Origin: Candidatus Hadarchaeum sp.
GTDB lineage: Archaea; Hadarchaeota; Hadarchaeia; Hadarchaeales; Hadarchaeaceae
Assembly (NCBI RefSeq): GCF_049969415.1
Contig: NZ_JBMFOX010000004.1
Location: 1 to 59,077, forward strand
Length of the DNA stretch: 59,077 nucleotides
Direction of reading: 5' to 3'
How positions within the stretch are numbered: the first letter of the stretch is position 1; every line of letters starts with the position of its first letter. Shown piece after piece: positions 38,725-54,031 of this stretch. The translations under genes and the position numbers were made by a program. The notes under the pieces were generated by a model, which saw only the letters and a program-made list of their open reading frames with translations, searched no databases and was not told the DNA's origin.

Positions 38725-41700
38725 TTGCAGGACACTTGGCCGTTGGTTGAAGCTTTCTTCAGAGAAAAGGGTTTGGTCAGGCAACATCTGGATTCATACA
38801 ACGATTTCATTGAAAGAGGGCTGCAGCAAGTTATTGATGAGATCGGCGGCATAGACCTCGATATTGAAGGGGTAAAGGTAAAATTTGGCAAGATTTATCT
38901 GGATTCACCCTCAACAAAGGAAACCGACGGTTCTAGGCCCCCGCTGTTTCCCAGCGAGGCCAGGCTTAGAAACCTGAGTTACACCGCCCCCATCAGACTC
39001 GAGATGAAGTTGGTTAAAAATGGAAGGGAACAAGCCCCCGAGGAGGTCTATATCGGCGAGCTGCCGGTAATGTTGAAGTCAAAAATCTGCAGGCTTCACG
39101 GGTTGGATGAGCAGCAGCTGATAAATGTCGGTGAGGATCCCCTCGATCCCGGCGGCTACTTTGTGATCAACGGCTCCGAGCGCGTCATCGTGACTCAGGA
39201 GGATTTGGCTTCGAATGCGATTTTAGTTGAGCGTGACGAGCACATGGGCACGGAAGTCGCCAAGGTCTTTTCCACGCATCGCGGCTTCAGGTCATTGGTG
39301 GTAGTCGAGAGAAAGCGGGATGGTTTGCTGCGGGTGGCCTTTCCGGCGGTTCCCGGTCAGGTACCGCTCGTGGTAATCATGCGCGCGCTGGGTATCGAGA
39401 GCGACAAGGAAATTGTCAATGCGGTTTCTGAGGATCCAGAAATCATCAGGGAACTTTTTGAGAATCTGCAGGAGGCAATCGATGTAAAGACCAAGGAGGA
39501 CGCGTTGGACATCATCGGCAAGAGGGTCGCAATCGGACAAACTCGTGAGTATCGGTTGCAGCGGGCCCAAGAGGTCCTAGATAAATATTTGTTGCCGCAC
39601 ATAGGCTCCAGACCCGAGGATCGGATAGCCAAGGGGTATTATCTGGGCAGCATGGCCGAACAGGTAATTGAACTAGCGTTGGGTCGCCGGGATGTTGATG
39701 ACAAGGACCACTATGGGAATAAAAGGTTGAAGCTTGCCGGGGACCTGCTGGAAAACGTATTCCGGTTGGCGTTTCTTAACCTGACCCGAGATATAAAGTA
39801 TCAACTTGAGCGGGCTTATGCCCGGGGCCGCGAGATGAACCTCAGAACCGCCGCTCGTGCGGACGTTTTGACCGAAAGAATAAGACACGCCTTGGCCACG
39901 GGAAACTGGCCTGGTGGCAGAACTGGGGTCAGCCAACTTCTGGATAGGACTAACTACATTGCAGCAATATCCCATCTCAGGCGCGTGGTTTCTCCTCTTA
40001 GCCGAAGCCAGCCCCACTTTGAGGCCCGTGATTTGCACCCGACCCACTGGGGGAGAATTTGCCCCTGCGAGACTCCGGAAGGGCCAAACTGCGGACTGGT
40101 TAAAAACCTCGCTCTCATGGCGGAGATTTCAACCGGCACCGACGAAAGCAAGGTTGAACGTTTAATTTACAAGTTGGGCGTAAGCAGAATTACAAAGGGC
40201 AGCGAGAGGAAAGGAAAGGCAGCCGTGTACATAAATGGCAGATTGGTCGGCACGACGGAAGATGGTAAACGGCTCATTGAGGAGCTAAAGCAACATCGCC
40301 GCAAGGGGAACTTGGATGAGCAGGTCAATGTGGCTTACAGGGAGGACACCAACGAGATCAGGATTAACACCGACGCCGGCAGAGTGCGGCGACCGGTCAT
40401 TGTCGTGGAAGAAGGAAAATCCAAGCTAACTCCAGAGATGGTAAGGATGGTCAAAGAGGGCAAGATGACTTGGCGAGACCTAGTGCAGGCAGGGATAGTG
40501 GAGTACCTTGATGCAGAGGAGGAGGAAAACACCTATATCGCCGTCTTTGAGAATCAGCTGACGCCTGAGCATACCCACTTGGAGTTGCATCCGTTGGCAA
40601 TACTGGGCATAAGTGCGGCTTTAGTTCCCTATGCGGAACACAATCAATCGCCGCGTAATACTTACGGTGCCAACATGGCCAAGCAGGCACTGGGGCTGAC
40701 AACGACCTCCATTCACAAACGGGTGGACACGCGCGGTCATTTCCTGCATTATCCGCAGGTTCCCCTAGTGAAGACACGGGTCATGGACGCCGTTGGTTTT
40801 GACCGAAGGCCAGCTGGGCAGAACCTCGTCGTTGCCATAGCGACATACGGAGGCTACAACATGGAAGACGCCTTGATAGTAAACAGCGCTTCTATTGATC
40901 GGGGCATGGGTCGGACTACCTTTTACCGGATATATGAGGCCGAGGAGGCGCGGTATCCCGGAGGCCAGGAGGACAAGTTTGAGGTCCCAAGCGAGGAGAT
41001 AAGGGGCTATGCGGACGCGAGCCTTTATCGAAACTTGGGTGAGGATGGGGTAACCGAAGTTGAATCGATAGTCAAAGGGGAGGACGTTTTAATCGGGCGC
41101 ACCAGCCCCCCGAGATTCTTGGAGGAAATAGACGAGTTCGGCCTAGCTGTTGAGCACGGTCGCCGGGAGAGCTCCATCAGGGTGAGGCCCAGTGAGGAGG
41201 GCATTGTTGATATGGTGTTGGTGAGCATGACGTCCGAGGGCAATAAGTTTGTTAGGGTTCGGGTCCGGGATTTGAGGATTCCCGAAATCGGGGACAAACT
41301 GGCCTCAAGGCACGGTCAGAAAGGAGTTATCGGGATTACCTTGGCTGGAGCCGACATGCCGTTCACCGAGGACGGAATAACTCCGGACATCGTAATTAAT
41401 CCACATGCCATACCCTCGCGAATGTCGGTGGGACAGCTTCTTGAGATGGTCGCCGGTAAGGTCGGGGCCTGCACAGGTAAAAGGATAGATGGGACGGCTT
41501 TTTCCGGGATGTCGGAAAAGGAAATCAGAGAAACAATGAAATCCTTTGGGTTCAAGCACACGGGCAAGGAGGTACTCTACAATGGAATTACCGGCGAGAT
41601 GATTCCGGTGGATATCTTCATTGGAGTTTGTTATTATCAGAAACTGCACCACATGGTCGCGGACAAAATTCACGCACGCTCACGCGGTCCGGTTCAAGTA

Positions 41701-42027
41701 CTGACCCACCAGCCCACCGAGGGCAGAGCGAGGGAAGGGGGATTGCGTTTCGGTGAGATGGAACGTGACTGCTTGATCGGACATGGTGCGGCAATGCTGC
41801 TTAACGAACGTCTTCTCGATGCCTCCGACAGATATACCGGGTTAATCTGTGGAAAATGTGGATCGTTCGCTGTATACGATCGACGCAGCGACCGGGCCTA
41901 TTGCCCGCTGTGCGATGAAGACTCGGAGATCTATGAGGTTCAGATATCGTATGCCTTCAAGCTTATGATGGACGAGTTAAAATCTCTGTGCATGTCACCG
42001 AGGATAAGATTGAGGGACAGAGCTTAG
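38725..42027 (+). CDS. rpoB: RNA polymerase subunit B (Rpo2), unsplit
   Basis: GGYFVINGSERV, ETPEG.NCGL, GDK.ASRHGQKG, GGLRFGEMERD; TTG start. Confidence 0.98.
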   Translation: MQDTWPLVEAFFREKGLVRQHLDSYNDFIERGLQQVIDEIGGIDLDIEGVKVKFGKIYLDSPSTKETDGSRPPLFPSEARLRNLSYTAPIRLEMKLVKNGREQAPEEVYIGELPVMLKSKICRLHGLDEQQLINVGEDPLDPGGYFVINGSERVIVTQEDLASNAILVERDEHMGTEVAKVFSTHRGFRSLVVVERKRDGLLRVAFPAVPGQVPLVVIMRALGIESDKEIVNAVSEDPEIIRELFENLQEAIDVKTKEDALDIIGKRVAIGQTREYRLQRAQEVLDKYLLPHIGSRPEDRIAKGYYLGSMAEQVIELALGRRDVDDKDHYGNKRLKLAGDLLENVFRLAFLNLTRDIKYQLERAYARGREMNLRTAARADVLTERIRHALATGNWPGGRTGVSQLLDRTNYIAAISHLRRVVSPLSRSQPHFEARDLHPTHWGRICPCETPEGPNCGLVKNLALMAEISTGTDESKVERLIYKLGVSRITKGSERKGKAAVYINGRLVGTTEDGKRLIEELKQHRRKGNLDEQVNVAYREDTNEIRINTDAGRVRRPVIVVEEGKSKLTPEMVRMVKEGKMTWRDLVQAGIVEYLDAEEEENTYIAVFENQLTPEHTHLELHPLAILGISAALVPYAEHNQSPRNTYGANMAKQALGLTTTSIHKRVDTRGHFLHYPQVPLVKTRVMDAVGFDRRPAGQNLVVAIATYGGYNMEDALIVNSASIDRGMGRTTFYRIYEAEEARYPGGQEDKFEVPSEEIRGYADASLYRNLGEDGVTEVESIVKGEDVLIGRTSPPRFLEEIDEFGLAVEHGRRESSIRVRPSEEGIVDMVLVSMTSEGNKFVRVRVRDLRIPEIGDKLASRHGQKGVIGITLAGADMPFTEDGITPDIVINPHAIPSRMSVGQLLEMVAGKVGACTGKRIDGTAFSGMSEKEIRETMKSFGFKHTGKEVLYNGITGEMIPVDIFIGVCYYQKLHHMVADKIHARSRGPVQVLTHQPTEGRAREGGLRFGEMERDCLIGHGAAMLLNERLLDASDRYTGLICGKCGSFAVYDRRSDRAYCPLCDEDSEIYEVQISYAFKLMMDELKSLCMSPRIRLRDRA

Positions 42028-46135
<4,108 letters not shown>

Positions 46136-46139
<4 letters not shown>

Positions 46140-46564
46140 CCATAAAATTCACCGCAGAGGAGATGCGCTTCATAGCAAGTTTTGAAGGCCTGACCGGGGC
46201 GCGGGTACGCGACTGCATCATCAATGATTTCGGTGGCAACGTGACTTTTGTCGTCAACAAAGGGGATTTCGGGATGGCGGTCGGGCGCGGCGGAGATAAG
46301 GTAAAGAGGGCGCGGCGCGTGATAGGAAGAGGTATCGAAGTGGTCGAGTACTCGGATGATCCGGTGGAGTTCTTGAAAAACGTGTTCTTGCCGGCGAGGG
46401 TACAGAGCATCAAGATAGTGGAGAAGGGAGAGAAGAAAGTGGCCATGGTCAACGTAGAACTGCAGGATAAAGGTTTGGCCGTCGGACGTGGGGGCAAAAA
46501 GATTCAAATAGCAAAAAAGCTTGCCGAGAGGAACCACGGTATAAGTGACGTAATACTTATATGA
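46136..46564 (+). CDS. nusA: NusA-like KH-domain protein
   Basis: Two G.A.GRGG KH motifs; conserved position. Confidence 0.95.
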
Positions 46565-46606
46565 TTTATAAAACCTCAACACTAACTACTGATATAAGTG
46601 AGTAAT

Positions 46607-47041
46607 ATGAAGGCACCTAGAGGGGAGTTTGCGGCAAGGAAGCTGCGGGTCACAAGGCAGCGCTTTAGATGGAAGAGTGCCCAGTATAAACGCCGCGTGT
46701 TAAGGTTAGATGAGAAAGCAGACCCCTTGGAAGGAGCTCCCCAAGCTAGGGGCATAGTTCTAGAGAAGGTTGGAATTGAAGCCAAGCAGCCCAACTCAGC
46801 TATCCGCAAATGTGTTCGGGTCCAGCTGATTAAAAATGGCAGACAGATAACTGCCTTCGCGCCAGGGGATGGTGCTATAGGGTTCATCGATGAGCATGAT
46901 GAGGTTATCGTCGAAGGAATAGGTGGAGCCAAGGGTGGGGCCTATGGTGACATCCCCGGAGTTCGTTATAAGGTCACGAAGGTTAACGGCATTTCGCTAA
47001 AAGAACTCGTGAAAGGACGCAAGGAAAAGCCGACTAGGTGA
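46607..47041 (+). CDS. rps12: 30S ribosomal protein S12
   Basis: [23 protein letters not shown]. Confidence 0.97.
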   Translation: MKAPRGEFAARKLRVTRQRFRWKSAQYKRRVLRLDEKADPLEGAPQARGIVLEKVGIEAKQPNSAIRKCVRVQLIKNGRQITAFAPGDGAIGFIDEHDEVIVEGIGGAKGGAYGDIPGVRYKVTKVNGISLKELVKGRKEKPTR

Positions 47042-47045
47042 TTGC

Positions 47046-47651
47046 TTGGGTTTCAAGTACTTTGGGGAATGGGATATCGAGAAGATAGAGGTCAAAGATC
47101 CGGGAATTAAGCAGTACCTTCACTTGGATGCCCCCTTTGTCCTTCACTCTGGGGGAAGACACGCCAGCAAGCAGTTCGGAAAGGCCGAAGTTTCGGTGGT
47201 AGAGCGCTTGATAAATAAGGTGATGAGGTCCGGGCCTGGCGCGAGGAAGCTGGGTGGCAGGACCATACGCGGCGCTGGGGCGACAGGCAAGAAACACAAG
47301 GCCTATAATATCGTTCGCAATGCTTTCAAGATAATTGCGCAGAGGACCAATAAGAACCCAGTGCAAGTGCTGGTTGACGCGATTCAGAATTCAGCCCCCC
47401 GTGAGGAGACCACCCGCATCAGCTATGGTGGCATCACATATTATATTGCGGTGGATTCCTCACCGCAGAGAAGGCTGGACATTGCCTTGAAAAATTTGGC
47501 TGCAGGGGCCTTTGCCTCTGCTTTCTCCGGGAAGAAGAACATAGTCGATTGTTTGGCCGAGGAACTGATACTGGCGGCCAACAATGATACCAAGAGCTTC
47601 GCCGTGGCTAGAAAGGAAGAGATGGAGAGAATTGCTAAGGGAGCAAGGTGA
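47046..47651 (+). CDS. rps7: 30S ribosomal protein S7
   Basis: VERLINK.M, NPVQVL, PREETT, K.E.ERIA; TTG start. Confidence 0.97.
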   Translation: MGFKYFGEWDIEKIEVKDPGIKQYLHLDAPFVLHSGGRHASKQFGKAEVSVVERLINKVMRSGPGARKLGGRTIRGAGATGKKHKAYNIVRNAFKIIAQRTNKNPVQVLVDAIQNSAPREETTRISYGGITYYIAVDSSPQRRLDIALKNLAAGAFASAFSGKKNIVDCLAEELILAANNDTKSFAVARKEEMERIAKGAR

Positions 47652-47705
47652 GTAAAGCTTATTAAATAAATAGGGTAAAAGGAAATAGTTAAAGGAGGAT
47701 ATAAT

Positions 47706-48968
47706 ATGGCAAAACCACACCTGAATCTTATAACGATAGGGCACGTTGACCACGGTAAGTCAACGACGCTCGGCAGGCTGTTTTTCGACAAAGGACTTGT
47801 GAGAGAGGAGGACATAAGAAAGTTTGAGGCGATGGGAGATAAGGGCAAGACGTTTAAGTTCGCGTGGGTAATGGATGCGCTTAAGGAGGAACGTGAAAGA
47901 GGACTGACTATTGACCTCGCGCACAAAAAGTTTGAAACGGACAAATACTACTTTACCATAATCGACGCACCCGGCCACCGCGACTTCGTCAAAAACATGA
48001 TCACCGGGGCGAGCCAAGCCGATGCCGCGGTGCTGGTCGTGGCCGCCGACGATGGGATCATGCCGCAGACCCGCGAGCACGCGGCGCTGGCGTTTACGCT
48101 GGGTGTCGGTCAGCTCGTCGTAGTGATAAACAAGATGGATTTGGTGAACTACAAGGAAGAAGTTTACAACAAGCTAAAGGCGGAGATAATTGATCTGCTG
48201 AAAGCAGTGGGGTACAAAAACCCTGAAAAGTTCATTTTTGTCCCGACGGCGTCTTTCCACGGAGAAAATGTAGTTAAACGCAGCGAAAACATGAAGTGGT
48301 ACACAGGACCGATCTTCTACGAGGCACTTGACAGCTTTGTGGTACCACCCAAGCCGATTGAAAAACCGCTGAGGGTCCCGGTTCAGGATGTTTATTCGAT
48401 AACCGGCGTGGGCACGGTACCCGTAGGAAGGGTGGAGACTGGAGTGATGAAGGTCGGAGACACCATAATTTTCGAGCCAGCCGGAGTAACCGGTGAAGTG
48501 AAGTCGATTGAGATGCACCACGAGTCGATCCCACAGGCGGAGCCGGGTGACAACATCGGTTTTAACGTTCGCGGCGTGGAAAAGACGGCGATTAAGCGGG
48601 GGGACGTAGCCGGACACACCAAATCTCCTCCAACGGTAGTCAAGGAGTTCACGGCGAGGATCGCGGTGTTGCAACACCCGACGGCTATTGCTGCCGGATA
48701 CACACCTGTGTTTCATGCGCACACAGCCCAAATCGCCTGCACTATTACTGAAATCACGCAGAAAATTGACCCTAAGACCGGTGCGGTCGTCCAGGAAAAG
48801 CCGGAGTTCATAAAGAAGGGAGATATGGCCACGATTAAGGTGGTGCCGACCAAGCCGATGGTTCTGGAGAAGGCTTCAGAAATACCGCAGCTCAGCCGCT
48901 TTGCCATCCGTGACATGGGCATGACGATTGCGGCGGGCGTGTGCGTTGACCTGGTGAAAGCCAAGTAG
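47706..48968 (+). CDS. tuf: Elongation factor 1-alpha
   Basis: [28 protein letters not shown]. Confidence 0.98.
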   Translation: MAKPHLNLITIGHVDHGKSTTLGRLFFDKGLVREEDIRKFEAMGDKGKTFKFAWVMDALKEERERGLTIDLAHKKFETDKYYFTIIDAPGHRDFVKNMITGASQADAAVLVVAADDGIMPQTREHAALAFTLGVGQLVVVINKMDLVNYKEEVYNKLKAEIIDLLKAVGYKNPEKFIFVPTASFHGENVVKRSENMKWYTGPIFYEALDSFVVPPKPIEKPLRVPVQDVYSITGVGTVPVGRVETGVMKVGDTIIFEPAGVTGEVKSIEMHHESIPQAEPGDNIGFNVRGVEKTAIKRGDVAGHTKSPPTVVKEFTARIAVLQHPTAIAAGYTPVFHAHTAQIACTITEITQKIDPKTGAVVQEKPEFIKKGDMATIKVVPTKPMVLEKASEIPQLSRFAIRDMGMTIAAGVCVDLVKAK

Positions 48969-49016
48969 ACCAAATCTTTTATAGGCTTCAGCGTCTTTTA
49001 GGGTAAAGGGGTTAGT

Positions 49017-49325
49017 TTGCAAAAGGCACGCATAAGGCTGGCTAGCGTGGATCCTAAAAAGCTGGACGAAGTCTGTAAGCAGATCGTTGGAATAGCGGAG
49101 AGGGTCGGAGTTAAGATTTCGGGCCCGGTACCGCTCCCAACTCGAAGAATAGTGATTCCGACCAAAAAGGCCCCGGATGGTGAGGGAACCATCACTTGGG
49201 ACAGATGGGAGCTCCGGATCCATAAGCGCTTGATTGATATGCAGGCCGACGAGCGTGCCCTGCGCCAGGTCATGAGGGTTCAAGTTCCAGAGGAAGTTTC
49301 TATCGCTATCGAGCTAAAGACCTGA
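49017..49325 (+). CDS. rps10: 30S ribosomal protein S10
   Basis: [26 protein letters not shown]; TTG start. Confidence 0.97.
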   Translation: MQKARIRLASVDPKKLDEVCKQIVGIAERVGVKISGPVPLPTRRIVIPTKKAPDGEGTITWDRWELRIHKRLIDMQADERALRQVMRVQVPEEVSIAIELKT

Positions 49326-49338
49326 AGGCGACCTGCAA

Positions 49339-50103
49339 TCATCTAACAATTTCAGCAAAAATCTCAGATGGTTCGGGAGTTTTAAGACCGAGCTTTTTGA
49401 AATATCTGACCAGATTCTGAATGTCGCGCATCAACAGCTGTTCCGCCATGGGATTTTTGATATCCGTGCCCATTGAAAAATCTATCAATACTGGGTCCGG
49501 CGTTAGCATAACGTTGTATTCGCTAAGGTCGGAGTGGACGATCTCCGCTTCTTGGTAAAGTTTTTTCACCGAATCTATTAAGACATCAAAAGTTTTTCGC
49601 GGGTTTTCGGGCGCCACGTCTTTCATGAGTGGGTAGGGAACTCCATCCTCACCGATAAACTCCATTGCCAGTACATTTTTTTCATAGTCTATTGGCCGGG
49701 GGACGGGAACTCCGGCTTCGTGGGCCTGTTGCAAGTTTTTGAACTCGCGGGAGGTCCAAGCGTAGACTACCCCGCGCCGGTCCTCAGGCACACGCTTGAA
49801 ACGTGTGTCTCCCACCAGATAGCGCCGCATGTTCTTGAAGTCAGATGTGGCGATTCGGTAAATCTTGGCGGCCACGAAGTTTCCGTTTTTGTCCAGCGCA
49901 CAGTAGATGTTTGCTTCCTTGCCCGCAGAAATGTTTCCATAGAAGACGTCGAAAACTCCACGATTAATTAGCCGGTACAGGGTGAGCAGAGTCGAGGTGT
50001 CAAAAACTCGAGCCATTATCTTGTATATCTCTGAGTCCTTTTCCAGCCGTTCGACTTTCCTCCGATCGATTTTGGACAGAATGGACTCAAAATCCTCTTC
50101 CAA
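49339..50103 (-). CDS. rio1: RIO1-family serine kinase
   Basis: S.GKEA.IY, AKIY, E..NL, VHSDLSEYN, IDF. Confidence 0.93.
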   Translation of the reverse strand: MEEDFESILSKIDRRKVERLEKDSEIYKIMARVFDTSTLLTLYRLINRGVFDVFYGNISAGKEANIYCALDKNGNFVAAKIYRIATSDFKNMRRYLVGDTRFKRVPEDRRGVVYAWTSREFKNLQQAHEAGVPVPRPIDYEKNVLAMEFIGEDGVPYPLMKDVAPENPRKTFDVLIDSVKKLYQEAEIVHSDLSEYNVMLTPDPVLIDFSMGTDIKNPMAEQLLMRDIQNLVRYFKKLGLKTPEPSEIFAEIVR

Positions 50104-50112
50104 ATTACCCGC

Positions 50113-50409
50113 CTATTCCCAAAGTCCTTTTCTCCTTAAGGCGTCAAGCTGAGCAGCAGTGTAGCGGTGAATTATGTCACCTTTTTCTTTCCCCTGCACC
50201 GCCCAAGGCCGTACGATAACGACGTCCCCTTCCCGAACCCAAAGGCGTTTGCGAATTCTTCCAGGGATCCTGCAGTTCCTAGTGAAGCCGTCCCTGCAGC
50301 GCACTCGGAGACGATCGAAGCCGTACATCTGCTCCACTATCCCAAGGACCTCGCCTGGTTTTGGCATTCTCACGCGCTCGAGTTCTTCGTTGTTCGGCGG
50401 TGTTGTCAT
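50113..50409 (-). CDS. eif1a: Translation initiation factor aIF-1A
   Basis: RIPGR..KR.W.REGDVV...PW, GDI..RY. Confidence 0.95.
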   Translation of the reverse strand: MTTPPNNEELERVRMPKPGEVLGIVEQMYGFDRLRVRCRDGFTRNCRIPGRIRKRLWVREGDVVIVRPWAVQGKEKGDIIHRYTAAQLDALRRKGLWE

Positions 50410-51908
50410 TATTTTCCCCTCATCTTTTTATCCCATAATAGGCGGTTCACACCATTAAGCATAGCTTGAACGCTGGCCATGATGATATCCCCGCTAGTGC
50501 CCCTTGCTGTGACCATCCTTTTTCCGTCCGTCAACTTTACCACCACGCTGACCATGGCGTCGGTGCCTCCGGAGATGGCGTCGACGTGGTATTCAATCAG
50601 CCGGACGTTGGCAGTGCCTTCGACAACCTTGCTTATGGCATTCATGGCGGCGTCCACTGGCCCGATACCTATGCCCGATTCAACGAACTCTTTGTCGCCG
50701 AACTTTATTCTGACTGACGAAGTTGGGGTAACACGATTTCCACTTACCACAGTAAGCTCCTCAAGCTTCAAGGTTTCCTTGAACTCCCGTCCTAAGACCG
50801 AGTCTACGATGGCCCGAAATTCAGTGTCAGTAACTATTTTGCCACGGTCCCCCAACTGTTTCACCTGTTTGAAGATTTCCTCGACCTGTTTTTTGGTCGG
50901 CTTTAACCCCATTTTCTTCAGCTCACTTACGATTGCATGGGATCCGGAGAGCTTACCGAAGACTAGTCTGCGGCGTTGACCAACCATTTCCGGCGGTATC
51001 GGCTCATATGTGGATGGTTCAATAAGCACGCCATGGGTGTGTATTCCTGCTCCATGCGCGAAGGCATTTTCACCTACAATGGGTTTTGTAGGCGAGACGG
51101 GCATGCCGGTTATTTTTTCCACTAGGTTTGAGACGCTGTAGAGATTTTTCAGCTTGATTCCTGTGGAGATATCGTAGAAATGTGAGAGAGCGAGAACAAC
51201 CTCCTCCAGTGCCGCGTTCCCGCCCCTTTCTCCCAGACCGTTGACGGTAACGTGAACTTCACTGGCGCCTCCAATTACAGCAGCCACAGTATTTGCAGTA
51301 GCCATGCCGAAGTCGTTATGGCAATGGGCGGCCACAGGCACTTTAATTTTTCCGGTTAAAGTCGAAAAAAGTTCGCGTGATTTTTCATAGGTTAGAACTC
51401 CCACCGTGTCACAGACACAGACCCGCTGGGCTCCTTCTTCAGCAGCAGCGGAGAGGAGATCCAACAGAAAGGAGATTTCAGTCCTACTAGCGTCTTCGGC
51501 AGAGAACTCGACTGTTAACCCGTGATCAAGCGCGTACCGAGCGACATTCAAGGCCATTTCTTTGACCTCTTTTCTTGTCTTTTTCAGCTTGTATTTTAGG
51601 TGAATATCCGAGGTTGGAACAACCATGTGAACGCTGTCGACGTCACAGGCAAGCGCCGCGTCGACATCCTCTTTTGCTGCCCTGACAAAGCTACAAATCT
51701 CGGCTTGGAACCCCGCTTTGGTGATCAGCTTTATGGCCTTTCTTTCTCCTTCCGAAGATATGGCCGAGCCAGCTTCTATGATGTCCACCCCCAGCTCATC
51801 GAGCGCTCTGGCTATCTCCAGTTTTTGTTCTGGAGCAAGAGCTACTCCAGGCGTTTGTTCGCCGTCCCTCAAGGTAGTATCCAGCACCTTTATTCTGCGC
51901 CTTTCCAT
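50409..51908 (-). CDS. cimA: (R)-citramalate synthase (archaeal CimA type) / LeuA family
   Basis: [16 protein letters not shown]; the [11 protein letters not shown]...EICSFVRA...DVDSVH.VVPTS segment resembles MJ1392-type CimA as recalled; LeuA regulatory domain. Confidence 0.75.
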   Translation of the reverse strand: MERRRIKVLDTTLRDGEQTPGVALAPEQKLEIARALDELGVDIIEAGSAISSEGERKAIKLITKAGFQAEICSFVRAAKEDVDAALACDVDSVHMVVPTSDIHLKYKLKKTRKEVKEMALNVARYALDHGLTVEFSAEDASRTEISFLLDLLSAAAEEGAQRVCVCDTVGVLTYEKSRELFSTLTGKIKVPVAAHCHNDFGMATANTVAAVIGGASEVHVTVNGLGERGGNAALEEVVLALSHFYDISTGIKLKNLYSVSNLVEKITGMPVSPTKPIVGENAFAHGAGIHTHGVLIEPSTYEPIPPEMVGQRRRLVFGKLSGSHAIVSELKKMGLKPTKKQVEEIFKQVKQLGDRGKIVTDTEFRAIVDSVLGREFKETLKLEELTVVSGNRVTPTSSVRIKFGDKEFVESGIGIGPVDAAMNAISKVVEGTANVRLIEYHVDAISGGTDAMVSVVVKLTDGKRMVTARGTSGDIIMASVQAMLNGVNRLLWDKKMRGK

Positions 51909-51963
51909 TGGACAGACCCCCCTTTTGCTATATAGGTGAACATTATATTAATGGCTAAAGTAA

Positions 51964-53529
51964 TTGATGGTGGTTCAGATGCAGGAGAAGATTTTCGTAA
52001 GCGACTACGCGAGGCTAGTCAACCGCGAAATTGGCCTGCCTAAGAGAGTCAGAATTTTTGACACCACGCTTAGGGACGGGGATCAGACCCCCGGTGTTTC
52101 CTTCACCCCAGATCAAAAAATGCTCGTCGCCAGGCAGTTAGATCGGCTGGGCGTGGACACGATCGAGGCCGGAACACCGGTTTCTTCAGAGGGAGAAAAA
52201 AAAGCAGTAACGGCGATAGCTAAGGAGGGGCTGAAGGCCGAGATATGTGCCCTAGCAAGGCCCATCAAGGAGGATGTGGACACCGCCATCGGCTGCGGAG
52301 TCGATTGTGTGCACCTTTTCATCAGCACCTCAGATATTCACCTTAAACACGTGCTGAAGATGACGCGCGAGCAAGTGTTGAAACAGGCGGTGAAGTTTGT
52401 TGAATACGCAAAGGACCACGGAGTTAAAGTTGAATTTTCAGCGATGGATGCGACTAGGACGGATTTAGGATTTCTGAAGGAGATTTATAAAGCCGTTGTT
52501 GAGGCAGGAGCGGATAGAATTAACGTCCCTGACACCATCGGCGCGATAACCCCCCGAGGCATGTATTACCTGGTTTCGCAACTGAAACCCCATATAAAGG
52601 TGCCTCTGAGCGTGCACTGCCATGATGATCTCGGGCTGGCGGTGGCCAATTCTCTCGCCGCCGTGGAGGCAGGAGCCGAACAGGTTCAAGTGGCAGTGAA
52701 TGGGTTGGGTGAAAGGGCGGGCAATGCTTCACTGGAAGAGGTTGTCATGGCGCTAAAGACACTTTACGGCATAAATTTGCGCGTTAAAACCGAGCTACTT
52801 ACCGAGACCTCGGATTTGGTCGAACGTCTTACTGGCATATCTGTGCCGCCAAACAAGGCTATCGTTGGTGATAATGCCTTTGCCCACGTTTCCGGGATTC
52901 ACGCGCACGGGGTGATAGAGTTTCCTGGTACCTATGAGCCATTTTCCCCGGAGCTTGTGGGTCACCATCGGCGGTTGGAGTTGGGCAAGCTCACGGGCAG
53001 ACATTCCGTCGAAAAAAAGCTGCGCAGCATAGGTGTAAAGGCCAATCGAAAGCAGCTTCTTGAGATTACCCGCCAGGTTAAGGCGCTTGGTGATAAGGGC
53101 AAGCAAGTTACGGAAGCTGATCTCCGGGTGATTGCGGAGAACGTAATCGGTGCGTTGCCGAAGGAAGAAAAAATCGTAGAGTTAAAGGAGGTCACGGTGA
53201 CAACGGGGAACACCATCACCCCCACAGCTTCGGTACGCTTGAGAATTCGCGGCCAGGACAGGGTAAGTTCGGCGACAGGCGTGGGTCCGGTTGATGCGGC
53301 GATAGCAGCGATTCGGGCAGCGATGGGTGAAATTTCGAAGCTCAGGTTGAAGAAATATCACCTTGATGCGATAACGGGAGGAAGCGATGCGCTGGCTGAG
53401 GTGACCGTTGAACTTGAAGATGAGCATGGCAATATCTACTTAGCCAAAGGAGTTCGTGAGGACGTTGTCTTAGCAAGCGTTGAGGCCATGGTCAATGGTA
53501 TCAACAGATATTTTGCCGGCAGAAAATAA
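51964..53529 (+). CDS. leuA: 2-isopropylmalate synthase family protein
   Basis: DTTLRDGDQ, HCHDDLGLA.AN, GERAGN, C-terminal regulatory domain with GPVDA. Confidence 0.75.
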   Translation: MMVVQMQEKIFVSDYARLVNREIGLPKRVRIFDTTLRDGDQTPGVSFTPDQKMLVARQLDRLGVDTIEAGTPVSSEGEKKAVTAIAKEGLKAEICALARPIKEDVDTAIGCGVDCVHLFISTSDIHLKHVLKMTREQVLKQAVKFVEYAKDHGVKVEFSAMDATRTDLGFLKEIYKAVVEAGADRINVPDTIGAITPRGMYYLVSQLKPHIKVPLSVHCHDDLGLAVANSLAAVEAGAEQVQVAVNGLGERAGNASLEEVVMALKTLYGINLRVKTELLTETSDLVERLTGISVPPNKAIVGDNAFAHVSGIHAHGVIEFPGTYEPFSPELVGHHRRLELGKLTGRHSVEKKLRSIGVKANRKQLLEITRQVKALGDKGKQVTEADLRVIAENVIGALPKEEKIVELKEVTVTTGNTITPTASVRLRIRGQDRVSSATGVGPVDAAIAAIRAAMGEISKLRLKKYHLDAITGGSDALAEVTVELEDEHGNIYLAKGVREDVVLASVEAMVNGINRYFAGRK

Positions 53530-53556
53530 CTGCCGGCCTTGAAGGCGGTGATGTTT

Positions 53557-53841
53557 TTATTCGGTGGCTCTCCCAATTCGCAGCGAAGTGTAGAAGCCAT
53601 GTTCCTTAGAAACGCCAAAGTTTACCCAGAGGCTGCGATCTTCGTCAATGGCTATCCGGATGGAGTCGGGGTATGGTTTGCCTTCGGGCCAATTTATGTA
53701 ACCATTCGGTATCACTAATGAAAACACGTCTCCCTTGACCGGAATATTGACCGTGTAAGGCTCTCTATCCTCGCGCTTGGCCACGATTCTTAGCGTCGAT
53801 ATTTCCCTCGGGGTCTCGACCTTACCAAAATTTTTTGCTAT
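53557..53841 (-). CDS. Hypothetical protein, about 94 aa, possible ATA start (alternative GTG at 53784)
   Basis: Open frame; perfect SD AGGAGGTGA at 53846-53854 precedes in-frame ATA; TATA-like element near 53918-53925. Confidence 0.5.
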   Translation of the reverse strand: MAKNFGKVETPREISTLRIVAKREDREPYTVNIPVKGDVFSLVIPNGYINWPEGKPYPDSIRIAIDEDRSLWVNFGVSKEHGFYTSLRIGRATE

Positions 53842-54031
53842 TTTCTCACCTCCTTTTAGAGCCGGAGGGAAAAACCATTTCGGTGCAGTTTCCCGCCGAT
53901 TCTTGGGGCAACCGTTTTTTATATAGCGAGTATTTTTTAGTCGGTCAGGATAGATTTATCGCCTGTAAACAGAAATTTAAACCGGAGCAAGAAGTTTAGT
54001 AATGAGTAGCCCTAGGCCCTGAGGTGTAATC

